From Antedon mediterranea (taxonomy: Eukaryota; Animalia; Echinodermata): a stretch of 64,000 nt of DNA. The stretch lies in NCBI RefSeq assembly GCF_964355755.1, contig NC_092671.1, positions 27,106,070 through 27,170,069 of the forward strand. The letters are read 5' to 3'. Under the pieces are notes generated by a model. It was not told where the DNA came from. It worked only from the letters and a program-made list of their open reading frames with translations, and made no database searches. The position numbers were made by a program, and so were the translations under genes. Shown one piece after another: positions 35,122 to 48,561 of this stretch. Position 1 is the stretch's first letter; the number at the start of each line of letters is the position of its first letter.

Positions 35122-37879
35122 ATTTATATAGGCTATGATAAAGATATATGTATTAAAAAAAACTGGGACGAAAAAGTTATTGAACTACAAAACGTTCTTC
35201 AGTTATGGAAAAAAAGAAATCTAACTTTCTTTGGAAGAATAACAATCATCAAAACGCTTGCAATCTCTAAATTGATTTATAACCCAAGCATAATTAACGT
35301 ATCCTTACATATAATTCCACTTGTACGTACCCTTACATAAGTTCCACTTGTTGAAAAAATACTTTATAATTTTCTGTGGAATGGTCAACGTGAAAAAATT
35401 TAAAAACTTGTTCTTATTAAAAAAAGCATGCGAAGGTGGCTTGAATATGATAAATTTCAACTCCGTAATAGATTCATTAAAACTAACATGGATAAAAAGA
35501 TTACTCAGTCCCGATCCAGGAAAATGGAAAAATATTCCGAAATACTTTATGTATCCAATAGAATACACTATAGGTGCTACTCAGCTTAACTTTGAAGATC
35601 ATATTGACTTGAATAGAATGCCTGATTTTTATGTATCAATGTTAAAATCAGCGGTTAAGTTGAATAATATTGTTAGTGTAGTTCCACAAAATATAGAAGA
35701 CATTTTAAAACAACCACTTTGGGAAAATAAATATATAATTTCCGCAAGTGGAAAAACTCCTTGAATCAATTATCTAAAAAGAAAAATAATCAATAAAATT
35801 TAATTTAATTAAGAAATACACAAGAATAAACTTAAACGTACGGTATACAGTATATTTTCTTGATTTAGATCAATTGTTAGTTTACCATCATTATTATATT
35901 ATTGTTTTCTAGGAGGCGCCCGAGTCCGGGATGACCGAGACGCAACTGGTGCTAGCCAGGATTTAAACTAGAACTATTAAAATAAACCTGGCTAGCAACG
36001 AGGGCGTATCCCCATACTTCGGTTTGGGTTTAGCTTTACAATATTTATTAGTTTGTTATTTTATCATATAAATAATAAAAGCAATATTATGTTCAAAATG
36101 TAAAACTATACAATTTTATAAAAGTATTCAAACAAAACATAATCTTATAATGCAATATACCATTTTATCATATATATTTATATTATATCGAATCTCTTTT
36201 TAATACTGAATATCAATCTTTATATCGTTTTAGCTCTGTAATATAAATTTTCTCTGTATACATGTTTGTTTTATCTAGATTTCAACACAATATCAAAATA
36301 TTTTATATAATCTTTTAACCTCTGTCTGTGTAATATCACTTAAATATTCATTGATAAATAGATAGATAGACATATATACTGTAACCTTCACCATATTGTT
36401 TATCATTGCAATAAAAGTGGGTTTCCCCCACAAAAGAGAAAAAAAAAATAAAAATACCGTATTTTATACCGTATTTTTATACCGTATTTTGAGCAGTTGT
36501 AGCAGAAACAGGGCCATAGTGACACAAGCAAAATGGGGCATATTAGACCTCCAGTTTTACCTGAAAAAACTTGTTCACCACCATGGTGTCGAGGAGAGAC
36601 TGCTGAACCTGTGCCAAATGTTTAGACTATTGTTTGCAGTGCCCATGCCTTAACCGCTTACCACTCAAATAGAAATAGTGTATCTCTATTCAAGTTTACA
36701 GCAGGATTTCTAGCTTAAATTTTACATAAAATAATGCATTCAAGTATTTCCCCCTGCCTTTAACCTGTGTTTTTATTTTGAAATTCTTAGTATGGGTGTG
36801 TTTACTTTACTTAAGTTTCTTGGAAGGTCCCTGGATAATTAACCATTCCTTAACAAATTTTTAATAGCATTCTATCTTGATTCACTGGGGCTTTAAAGGC
36901 TGGAGTTGACCTGGCAAATTTTTAGGGTATACACTGGACTTTATTGAGAATTCTATGCAAACTATGTTTCGAATCTTGAATTTCCGGGGACTGGGTAAAT
37001 GGATAATTAATCATTCTTAATCAGTTTTTATTACAAAATTTGTGTACAAAAGAATTTAGAGATTTTACTGTGTAATTTGAACTATCCCCCACTGATAAGA
37101 AAGTGGTTATTTTCAACAAGCTCGTGTATCAGTATTCAGTATTTATTGGTACTCACTTTAGAATCAGTGGCACACACCTTTCGGTGGTGCGTCCATACAA
37201 ATATAAACAACAACATATAAAAGGTAAATGATGATAAAACTTACATAATTAACTTACATTGAAAGAAAAAAAGAAAAAAAAAAGAAACAAATATACAGAC
37301 AGTAGTAATTGCACACTTGAATAGATACTTAAGAGCAATAATTGTATAACGAGCAAATCAATATATCGATGCAATAGGTCAGTAGTAAATACACATTAGG
37401 GCCTACTTACAAAATGTCGGACAGAAAAAAAAAATACTTATACATAGTAAATAAAAAAAAACATAACTAAAAAAAAACAAAAAACAGAATAAAGGTACAA
37501 TAGGTGAACAGTATAAATAATACATAATCATGTTAAAATTACTACATAAATCGAAATAAGCACAAATATATGTTTATATGTACTTGAAATTATAGATATA
37601 GCAAACAGCAAGTACATGATTTTATTTGTTTAATGATTAGTTATTGGCATATCTAACTGGTCTATCAATGTATAAACCAAATAAGGTAAAATGTCTGACA
37701 GAAAATAAAAAATACATAGAAAATAAAACTAAAAAACAATTGAATAACAGTATAAAGATACACAAAGAAAATCCCAAAAATTATGAAATATAGGGGAAAC
37801 TATAGATCGATGATTATTGGAATGTATGATCAATAGAAATTTCTTGCCCGCACCTGGCCTTTAAGTATACACAGTTTAA

Positions 37880-38555
37880 GGGTATGTTCAGACTCACGGA
37901 GTTACGGTGGAGTTATCTACGTAAGGCGTACGGTAATCCGTGGCGTTAAAAGCCAAGGTGTTCAGACACAACGATCAACATTCCAATGCCTTGCGTTTAA
38001 AACACTCTGATCAGGTCAAAGCAGATAGAACTATATGTATACATTCATGACAATGCATGAAAGTTTACATCGTTTACATTGTTTTTTTCATTTTTATTTA
38101 TATAATGTTTACCTTCAAATATACTGATTTGTTCTTACTACTTGTAGAATTTCATTTTAATTCAAAATAATTTAAAACGTAATTGTTACATGGACAATTA
38201 TCTGATTAATTGATTTAATTTATGAAAATATCATATTACTGACGCCAACTTTACTGTTCTTTAAAATCTGAACCTGAAAATACATTTGACATAGCTATTT
38301 CGCTGTCGTATCATAGGGTACGGGTATGTAGTTGCTGTCTGCTAATCGTGGTCGTGTATTTTCATTGGTTAAGTTTAAAATCACTGATGCATCACTGGAT
38401 TAGCGTTATGAAATCTACCCTCTCCCGCTAGAGTTATTAACGCCACTGGCGCGGAGTAACAGCTTTTTAACGCTAATCCGCGGCATGGTTCAGACACAAA
38501 AATATGTACGCCGCTTACATAACTCCACCGTAACTCCGTGAGTCTGAACATACCC
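37880..38555. mobile_element. PIF/Harbinger MITE
   Basis: Perfect ~37-bp TIR GGGTATGTTCAGACTCACGGAGTTACGGTGGAGTTAT with TAA TSD on both sides. Confidence 0.9.
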
Positions 38556-38749
38556 TAAGTGTAGCATTGTGTAATTGTTATATTAGGCCTATTTGGCTTT
38601 AACTATGACTACATTCTGACATGGTATGGTGTAGTTGAAATATAGCAACTATAGCAGCTATAGCTGAGGTTTCAGGCAAGTGACCAATGTGTCACAGTAG
38701 GATAGTGATATAACAGCTATCCCAAGGTTGCTATTATTTGCTATTATTA

Positions 38750-39054
38750 ATTATACAGCTATTTGTTTGCTATTATTGCAGTATCAGGTATAGCAATTAC
38801 ACAGCTATTTGTTTGCTATTACTTGCTATTATTGCTGTATCAGGTATAGCAATTACACAGCTATTTGTTTGCTATTACTTGCTATTATTGCAGTATCAGG
38901 TATAGCAATTACACAGCTATTTGTTTGCTATTACTTGCTATTATTGCTGTATCAGGTATAGCAATTACACAGCTATTTGTTTGCTATTCTATTGCTATTT
39001 TTGCTGTATCAAGTATAGCATTTACATAGCTATTTGTTTGCTATTTATTGCTAT
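38750..39054. repeat. 56-bp minisatellite, about 5 copies
   Basis: Unit ATTACACAGCTATTTGTTTGCTATTACTTGCTATTATTGCTGTATCAGGTATAGCA; copies start at 38796 and 38852. Confidence 0.9.
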
Positions 39055-40105
39055 GACCAATCTTGCGCCTTAGTGGAGTGGCAAACTTGCGAGGAAAGTC
39101 TTTTGGAACTGTAGTGACCTTACACAGATACAAGCAATGGATATTTATGCGAATTTTAGGCAAATCATACTATGTACGTCCAAAAATGTAAATTGTTATT
39201 CGGTTCAGTTCAGTTTTTGACCTATAGTATTAGATTTGAGGAAAAATGCTGTAATAGCAGCATGTCTTCATGCTTGCAATTTATTACCCAATTTAAATGT
39301 ATGATTTTGATCATTAGTACAGGTCAGGAAGTTATCAAGTAGAACATTAAATTTGTATTACAAAAGTATATAGTTTCAATAATGGTCTTCAAAAATGGCA
39401 TATTAAATGCAGAACGTGTCAGATTACTACATTGACCGACATCTCCCTAAAAAGCAGTCCTTTCTATGATAAAGCGCATCCTCTGACAATTTCTCATAGC
39501 CTTTTCCCTACTATCATTCTCCTACTTTGATCTCACCGTAAACTGCCATATTAAATAATTCATGTATTCTAGAAATTAAATTATGATTGACAGCATACAG
39601 TATATTCAAAAAGTTGGTACAAATGTCCAGTTTACTGATCTTCTGCAGCATCATGTTGTTTTGGTTGTCTTTATTCTTGGTTGCATGTTCCTCATGCAGT
39701 TTTTAAATAACTCACCTCCATTTAAAAAATGAATTTACCTGGTTCCTCCTCCAACCCCCTCCCCGTCCTAAGTAAAGTAAAATAATTTATGCAGGAAATA
39801 TATATTATACAACTCCATCCACCTTTTCAACTCAACATTGTGATACTGTAGGATTAAGACAGTTAATTTTTAATAATCTAAAAATTAAAAAAATATGTCA
39901 TTATTGGGAAGCTTTTGCATTTATTCTTCTACCTATAAAATAATTTGCCTTTGCTGTGTGTATTGTAACTATTTAAACTAAAGAAAGGTTTTTGCAAAAC
40001 TGAGGGCAGTATAACAACATTTTATCAGATTAATGTATTATTAGCATCTAGCTACCATGTTTCATTGTGTTAGGTATTAAACCATGGAATATTGTTTTTT
40101 TTATC

Positions 40106-40500
40106 CAGGGCTGCAAATTAAAGGGGTATTTGGTCGCATTTGCGACCTAATTTTTCTGTTTGCGACTAAAGAAACAGAATAGGTCGCGATAAGATCGTCT
40201 GCTTGTGCGAGTTGTTTCAAATTGAAGTTCAGGTGTGTTTTCCCTATTTCACACACTGTGTTGTAATTTAATCTCTATACTACGGAAGGCTCAGGTGTTT
40301 CCACTAGTCACCGCCGCCGCACGCAAAGGAGTCCGGTTCATTCAAGCGTATAAAGCCCCTAAACATTTTACACTCGTTGTGATTGGAAGTTCGTCCATTT
40401 ATTGCATGCTGCCTTACTCAATCACACAAAAGGACACCAAACACACAGCACAGTGTGACGTGCTATACGAGCACGTTAAAAATGACAAAATGCGCACACT
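40106..40500. mobile_element. Left end of a hAT-like element
   Basis: CAGGGCTGCAAATTA start followed by GGTCGCA/TGCGAC subterminal motifs. No right end found. Confidence 0.4.
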
Positions 40501-41466
40501 AATTGTACAAAAGTGCTAAAAATGGTAAAAAATAAGGACTTTTTAAAATTAATATAACTCTTCAGAATGGCAGATGACCCCCAATTTTTTTAACTTATTA
40601 TGGAAGCCAATAAGTTGTAGATACAAATGTATATACACATTAGACGTACAAAATGGTATGACGTCATCAAATGGCCACTTGAATTTAAAAATTAGGAATT
40701 TTTATCTTTTTGTGTGGGTTATCACATTCAATAGAGCGCATCTCCGTTATTTGAGCCCGATTTTCGCACAACTTTTAGTATGTGCTTGCTCAATTAATTA
40801 TTCTTCTAATGAGTTGTCAACATTTTTATTTTGATGACGTCATCACGCGTAAAAACTTGAATAACCTAGGTCGTGTAATTTCAGCTACACCATACATTTG
40901 AATATCTTATAGCTCTTCAGAATTAAAGGTGACCTTGAAGATTATAACTTATTATGAAAGCTGATGAAATTTAGATATGAATTCATATTAAAATTAAGCC
41001 TATCGGATGTTGTGATGTTATCATATGGCCAGTTGAAGTTAAAAAGTAGTTTTTAAATTTCTTTAGTCAAAGTTATACAAATTTCAAAGACCGCGCATTG
41101 CGCTTCTACGTTTCAAATTTTCTTCCAATCCTTATATTTATTTGCTCAATTCATTATCTTTCGAAATTGTCATCTTCGAGTTTATTTTGAAAATTCCATC
41201 ATACCAAAAAATTAGAACACGATATGAGTCCCGTAATTTCACCTATGCTACACTGTATATAGATACAGTATATACTGTACATATTGTATGACACATAATA
41301 GGTAGAACTCAGCACTATAAGTGTATATGCATCATGTCATAGGATGGCGTACATCAACTTTTAACGATCGTATGTTAACGTACATGCATGTTTAAAAAAT
41401 GTTAATTTTATTAAAATGATAAAAATGATCACCTATAATTCGTCAAAGTGACGAATTAAATTCTAG
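40500..41466 (+). mobile_element. 5'-truncated Helentron/HINE-like element
   Basis: Internal similarity to 3350-4200, 3' hairpin AATTCGTC-AAAGT-GACGAATT and terminal CTAG followed by TTT. Confidence 0.7.
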
Positions 41467-43175
41467 TTTCTTTTGTTTTTATATAAGAAAAGTGTATGTT
41501 TATTGTTCTAGGAGCAGCTTTAAGACCAACAGGGATGGAAAAATAATATTACTGTTACAGCTAAATGAAAAAAATGTAGCCTAGGTAACCATGTACAGCA
41601 GTTAACCTTCCATAAACCCCCCCCCCCCCCCCCCCACCCCCAACCTTGCAAGTTGTATCTAATTGAAAACACATAAGCAATAATTTTATATTTTTACCAT
41701 AAGTTTTTTAATAGCATAGAACTCCAATAACCAAAAGTAATAGCAATTGATCCCCAGTTGATGGTTGCCCTTTCATGAACCTAATTTAATATAAAAAGCA
41801 TGTTTTTAATTAGAATAAGGATAATATAGTGTTAATGCTGTTTTCCCCATGGTATACTATAATACTGAACTTCTCATGATATATAGCACTATATAAATCC
41901 AGGATATTATTATACAGTTAATAATTTAATTATGTGGTAGGCATACTGTATTTATGTTTATTTGTCCCCATTATTACTTTATGAGGAGCTAACACAGTTT
42001 ATGGTGTGGTAGTTTTTTTTAGGTACTGTTTTTGTAGATGGCGCTATTACTATTATTGTGGAGGTACTACATTTTGTCATTTAATTATGAAAGTATTTGT
42101 TTATTTTTAGCTTTATTATCTATTGTGTCAACAATTTGTCCCTTTGCACTGTGCCACTGTAGTAAATAATGAGAATCAGTGGATAATAAAATATTGATTA
42201 ACTTGTTTCGGTTTCGAATTCAAAAATCAGTTTTGGTAGTATCTTATCAAGCATTGCTGAAAATGCTCTCCTTACTTACTATACCAGTTCCTCATTTGAT
42301 GATTATTCATGGTTGGTTGTGTACAGATTTCATTATTCTTCTTGACAGTAATCGAGTTGACTTCGGTGATATTGAGATCATCATCAAGAACCCAAGAAAA
42401 AAGCCATTTTCAAAATTTACTAAATACTGAAATGATTTATTTGTGCATTATCATAAAGACTTTCAAAAATACTTTTCATGCCAGCTATGAATATTGTTTC
42501 AACAAAAGTTTTAAAACAGTTTATTAAATAAAAAAAAACAATCAAGATCGAAAACGTGTCTCTACCACTGTGTAATCAAAGCGTTTATTTAGTTAAAACT
42601 TGGATCCTCCCAAAATTGATAATCGGGTATTCCAGTTATCACGTAATTGATTCACGGTTGGTTGCATGTTTCATTTTTTACACGTCCAGCGGAGGTGAAA
42701 TATATTCGCCAATTTGGTGAATAAGACAAGAATTTGTCACCATTTGGTTTCACAATTGCCGTTTGGCTCACCAAAAAAAAAAAAAAAAAAAGCTGACCTT
42801 CATTTTTGTCAGTTGGACGTGGCCAACACAATAATTTTTTTTTTGCCTTATTGTTATCTTGCTAAATTGAAAATAAATGACTAAAGCTGTTTTAAGAAAT
42901 TTAAAATAGTTCAAACTCAGACAGGCACGTAATGTTGACCCGAGTTTCTCTTTTGTGACCAATGTAACTAACCACAGAGCAACACATTTCTCTTTGTTGT
43001 AAAAATGTACTATGTGAAAACAAATTGTGAAATTGGCCATTCTTAATCTGATAATGACATTTTTAACTTCAACGCATTATTATTTTAATGTGTAAAGCAA
43101 TTTTATAGATCATCAGTTTGAATGATAAAAAAAACATTAAGAGCATCTTTTTTTTATGCAGATACTGCTGTAGAT

Positions 43176-43844
43176 CCCGGGGGGGGGGGGGGGGGGGGTG
43201 ACTTGTATATAAACCAAACGGGGGAGGGGGGGGGTGCCGCAGCCACTTAGAGACATGTTTTACTGAAATATACTACGGACTTGAACTACCATTTACCAAA
43301 CTCCATGTGCTCTAAAAAGACGGCAGAAACAAGGCCACGCCAGAGAGGGCGCAATATTTGTACTGGTTCCCGGCATGATCTGCGCATGGCCAAAGAGACC
43401 ACCACCGTTCATGGCAAATTTAGACAAGTTTATCGCGCGTCCGCTGTGTTGCATGACCGACCGATGATCAAGAGTGGTCACAGTTGAATGATTTTTGTCC
43501 TAGGCCGGCCGGCTATGTTTCGTGTTCTGCTGATACGAAAACAAAACTCTCAGGGAAAACTCTATTCAAAGGTATTTAGCGATGGGGCCCCGCGATGGGC
43601 TTATATAGCCGGGCTTATAGCATCCAGTATGCTAAAATCCCTGCAAAAATTGGCGATAAATCGTGACATTTTGACACGGGTGGGCGGGCCAGGGACTTAA
43701 ACTACTAATTTCACCCTGTCATTTCCCACACTTGTGCTACCAACTCTCCATATTTTCACACACTTGTGCTACCAGGCCCTCGAAAATATACCCGTAAATG
43801 CGGCACCTCCCCGTATGGAAATATTTAAGAGTGACCCCCCCGGG
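43176..43844. mobile_element. Non-autonomous DNA transposon with CCCGGG(G)n termini
   Basis: CCCGGG-polyG-TGACTT ... GAGTGACCCCCCCGGG, flanked by the direct repeat TGTAGAT. Confidence 0.8.
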
Positions 43845-45379
43845 TGTAGATCCTACAAGATGCTATTAGTTGTGCTGATTAGCACGCCCCAAAAGAATAG
43901 GATCGTTATTATTGCTGTTGCTCAATGTACCATTAATGTTGCTATAGGAAGGCTTATTAGTGTCAAAAGTAACAGAAATATTAACATTAGTCTATTTTGT
44001 GCCCAACTTACCCGGATAAACCGACATTAGTCTATTTCAACCGACAATTTATGTTTATCCAAATGCTGCACTTTTAGCCTTTCGACATCACTTCTGGTTT
44101 GTATAATCGTTTTGTATTAATTATTTTGAAAATGTCATGGAAAAATAATGGGAAAAAAGTACATGTTTGTGTTTTACGGTTTGTTATCGACAAGAAAAAG
44201 GAATGACCAGAATTGTACTGGAAAGTTTTAAACATTGATAATTTTATATCCAATATATGGCGGCCTTTTGTGACATCTGAAATCACCATTTTTCACAGCA
44301 TATGCTGCTGTTGTCCAAATGAAACAAAAAATGTTTTCAATTGCACATATGGGGTATCAAAATTGTAGCCTACTGGGAAGGTTTAAAACTACATTTAATA
44401 CTTACCCTGGTGTTGGCATAATGTTTAATATTAATACAATTACCTGCTGTGAATGATTGATATCTCAAAATTAATATTATCACTCAAAACTAAACATGAC
44501 AATTTAAATTTGATGTTAGTGATAATGCTGGTACCTATCATTGTTCTAAATCAAGTAATTTAAATAGGTTGTCTCAATTTTCAACATTTGTCTAGTTATT
44601 ATTGCTTAATATGATTTCATAGTGGAATATAATTACTGGTCAAGTTCAAGTGGTTAAGGTTCAGGAAAAAAGTCCTCATTTTGACAGCTATCAATTATTT
44701 CCTCTTATCCCCCATGGGTGAATTTTCTCTAATACCAGTACAACATTTACATCTTTTCAATTTTATCTTTTTCAGAAGGCCTTAATTGTTTTTATGTTTC
44801 AGGGAACCCCTCACGATGTAAAGCACCTTTTTGGGGATTTAGAGGGCTATCCCTGGTACCATACAAATTATTTCATTTTTTGTTTTTTTTGTATTTTCCC
44901 CTAAAAACATGAAAAATCCAGATTAATAAAATAAGACTTCAAATCGATTATTTTGTAGTTTTAATAAAGTTAACCATTATATAAAATCAATCCAAATGAT
45001 CTTTAGTTTTTTGGGCTGATAATGAAGCAGGAATATCATGTACGGTGCATGAAAATCTTTTCTATTTCCATATGCATGCATACAGCAGATGCTAGTATAC
45101 CTAGAAGAGGCCTGAGGAGAACACTAACCATGTGCTCCTTGCCTGGCCAGCACTGTTAGCCATATACATTATGAGATATGGGGAATCTACTTTAAACCCA
45201 ATAACAACTCACTCTGTTAGATATCGCTTGACATACAAACTATTGCCTACATGTTTATAAAAATATGTGATTGTTGACATAGAGATGTAATAAAATAAAC
45301 CACCGTGATCAAACAAACAATTGACAGAAATATACAGTTATGATTTTATGAGCCTCATTTCTTTACTGGTAAAACACCA

Positions 45380-46437
45380 GGCCCTGTTCGGACCCATGGC
45401 GTTAGACCGTTTTAGCGTACGATGCTAAAAGAATGTGTGTCTGAACAGTTGGGGATTAGCGTACAACGCGTCGTACAACGGTTGTAGTGGAAAACGGTTG
45501 ATAGTACCGTTTTAGCGTACAACGGTACTGTAATTCAACGTTGTATCCAATCAGAACGTTTTCTGTTATGACGCGAAACAAGGTTTGACCTAGGCTGACA
45601 TCTTGTATCGTCAATGTGTGAGAGATGGATTTCAACAACAAAAAAGCCAGAATAAATAAGGCCTAACTAGGCTAAAAATACAACTGTTAGAAAAAACTAG
45701 GCTACAAACTACATGTATCAACTGATTACCATTATATTTTCTAACAAATGACATAAATATTTGCACCTTGTATTTAAACATAGTGACTACGATCCCGTCC
45801 CCTTTTAGGCCTAGCTAAGATAAGAGCCATTCACGCATTTCATTCAAGCTAAAAACTAGCGTGGAACATCAAGTCACTCATTCATTATACAAGGCAGACA
45901 AGGCTTGACAAGTTTAATGCTGAAAAACTCCTAAAAAATTCAGTAAACAAACAATTGTACAAGAGGGAAGCTGTCTCTTTTTTATTAGCAAGTTAAGGGT
46001 TATTTTCAACCAACTGGACTGGACTAATCACAATCAATTTTTCCACCATGTGGTTAACACAATCTCCATCTTCATTAGGAGGCCTGCTTTATTTTTGTAA
46101 CAACACGAGGCCTGGGGAAAATGTTTTTTACTACAAAATAAAAACAATAGAAACAGAAATTTTGCTTTACTATATTTTTGTAAAATAAATGCTGAGGTAT
46201 GTTTTATTTACGGCAAATTTTGTCATAATTGTAGGGCTTAGATCTAGGCCTATATACAGTGGAAATAATGATGAAAGCACATGAATATGCAACTAGAAAC
46301 AACCTGAATGACGCACTTCCGTTGTAACGATAATCGTACACTATGGGTCTGAACACCTAATTTTTTTCTCTGCGGTTTGTAATGTGACCTTGCTAGTAAC
46401 GTTGTAAGGTAAAACAGTCATGGGTCTGAACATAGCC
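45380..46437. mobile_element. PIF/Harbinger-like MITE
   Basis: GGCCCTGTTCGGACCCATG / CATGGGTCTGAACATAGCC, with internal GTCTGAACA repeats. Confidence 0.7.
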
Positions 46438-48561
46438 ATAGGTACTGTATGTTAAACGGTCTAACGCCATGGGTCTGAACACATAGCCATAGGTACTGTA
46501 TGTTAAACGGTCTAACACCATGGGTCTGAACATAGCCATAGGTACTGTATGTTAAACGGTCTAACGCCATGGGTCTGAACATAGCCATAGGTACTCAGGG
46601 GTCCCAAGTTGTAGAAGTCAAATTCCTGGAGATTTTGTTGTGAAAGTTAAATTTGGTATTGCGGTGAAATGGCGCCTTGCTGTAACGCGCGAACAACATT
46701 ACAATATGAAAACACATATTAAAAAGTACAATAAAAATACATTTAATCATCTCTATCCCATACAGTATTACAGTATTTACATATATAATAATTTAAATGT
46801 TATCTCTTTACAGCTTTACTATATAGTATAGCTAGTTTTCTTGTTTGAGGCTATGCTCAACTATCATTGATGTAAAAAGTACATCTGCATTCAATAATTG
46901 TTGATCTACGGAATCCACTGTACTTCTCCTAAAAAGCTCCTTTCAACTTCAAGCATTTACTGAAGCTGCTGCCTCTGCATGTTTATACTCCCTAAACAAA
47001 AGTGTCAACATTAGTGTTACAAAACAAACATTTTCATAGGATCATTATCAATTTATCATGGGAAAAATGTTTGAAAAATTAATTTGAATATTGTTTACAG
47101 TTTGCTTAGGCCTAGTTCATTCAGGATTGGCCTACCTAGTTAGGCTGAATATTTAGGAGATAGGCTAGGCTGATTATTTATTAGGCCTAGTAGGCCCAAG
47201 ATAAGTTGTTATTTACAGGCACAATCGTCCTGGTCCTTAACACCAGTCCTTATCTACTACAGGCTAGGCCAGCTATCCTACCTTACCTACTACACTACAA
47301 CAGCCTCTAGCCCTAGGCTAGCTAAGGAGAAGCCTATTTAGGCTAGAGCCTAGGCCTACTATTTTATCTCCTATTTTAGACCACAGACAGCTAGCGTAGT
47401 TTAGCTAGCCTATCTACAACAATATTATTAGCAAACTGACAGAAATAATATTAAAAATAAAGTGTTAGTGAATTATTTGTTTATTGTTTAAAGTTTAAGG
47501 ATCACAAAAACTACTTACTTACTTCTACATGCACTTTGGCCGCACGCAATCCTTCGTATTTATTTACACCGAAAATCACGCGTTGCACACACAGTACATC
47601 TCTAGCTAGCTGGCCTTAAAAGGTTCACCCTTGACCTCAATATTATACAGGGGTGGGGGGGGGGGGGGTACGGTATGACTTTGTGAACTCTGGTTTAAAA
47701 CTGCAATAATATTTTCAGTTCTTAGATGGATTCGGCATTGTGGAGATTTTCTTGATTATAACTTTCTCTAATAAAATTAATTGATAAATGACATACACTC
47801 CCAACATTTAGGGCGTAATTAAATTTGTTTTTCATTTTTATGCCATGGTCTAACTTTTCTGTTCACCCACCACCCACCATAATTATGATTCACACACGTC
47901 ACGTCACGCTCTCTCGATCGCAGACAAAACAGCATGCGTTCTCGGCCGAGTTAGAAACAAATGAAATAAACAATTTTACAAGAATGAAAAGACTTCTTTT
48001 GACTTGGGCGTTGGATATTAATTGACAAAACAAAGAACCTAAAACAAAGAGGTTTGCTTGCTTTAGAAAGTTATTGTTAATTCACATAAGCTTTCTTTCA
48101 CTGCTTGATTGAATCAAATTCCTGCCAGCCATGTATGGTTGGCTAACAAGTACAGGTAGGGCCTATGAAACATAATATCTGGAATCCGGGAGATACGTAA
48201 AAAAATAATAATTCCGGGAGAAAATGTATGTTTACCGGGAGCCCGGGAGACGGGTTAAAAATCCGGGAGGCTCCCGGACGATCCGGAAGGCTCCCGGACG
48301 ATCCGGGAGACTTGGGAGGCCTGGGTACTGTATGTTAAACAGTCTAAAGCCATGGGTCTGAACATAGCCATAGGTACTGTATGTTAAACGGTCTAACGCC
48401 ATGGGTCTGAACATAGCCATAGGTACTGTATGTTAAACGGTCTAACGCCATGGGTCTGAACATAGCCATAGGTACTGTATGTTAAACGGTCTAACGCCAT
48501 GGGTCTGAACATAGCCATAAGTACTGTATGTTAAACGGTCGAACGCCATGGGTCTGAACAT
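46438..48561. repeat. 49-bp tandem array derived from a transposon terminus, split into two blocks (46438-46595, 48324-48561)
   Basis: Unit ATAGGTACTGTATGTTAAACGGTCTAACGCCATGGGTCTGAACATAGCC, about 3 + 5 copies. Confidence 0.9.
46596..48323. mobile_element. hAT-like non-autonomous element with 6-bp TSD
   Basis: TIR CAGGGGTCCCAAGT / CAGGCCTCCCAAGT, TSD GGTACT on both sides, CCGGGA subterminal repeats. Confidence 0.8.

Larger units (their letters stand above)
34638..35762 (+). mobile_element. L1/Tx1-clade LINE ORF2 fragment, split by a Penelope insertion
   Basis: NNITWTQEPIKFLGIYVGY resumes at 35122 as IYIGYDKD..NWDEKV..WKKRNLTFFGRITIIKTLAISK..EGGLNMINF..LKLTWIKR, with frameshifts. Confidence 0.8.
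33906..36515 (+). mobile_element. Harbinger deletion derivative with Myb/SANT gene remnant and nested retroelement fragments
   Basis: 15-bp TIR GGCCCTGTTTCTGCT, many subterminal ATACCGTATTT repeats, and a decayed Myb/SANT-like reading at 34242-34450. Confidence 0.8.

Noticed and set aside
35119-35764. 73-aa and 147-aa ORFs as genes
   Set aside because: Frameshifted pieces of a Tx1-like RT.
37140-37860. Hairpin GCACACACCTTTCGGTGGTGC and A-rich tract as an RNA gene
   Set aside because: More simply the reversed 3' UTR stem-loop of a decayed LINE; too little evidence to annotate.
42179-42527. Short ORFs that might be an extra neurabin exon
   Set aside because: No convincing splice sites or neurabin similarity. 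The exons at 21165 and 52377 already join in phase 0.
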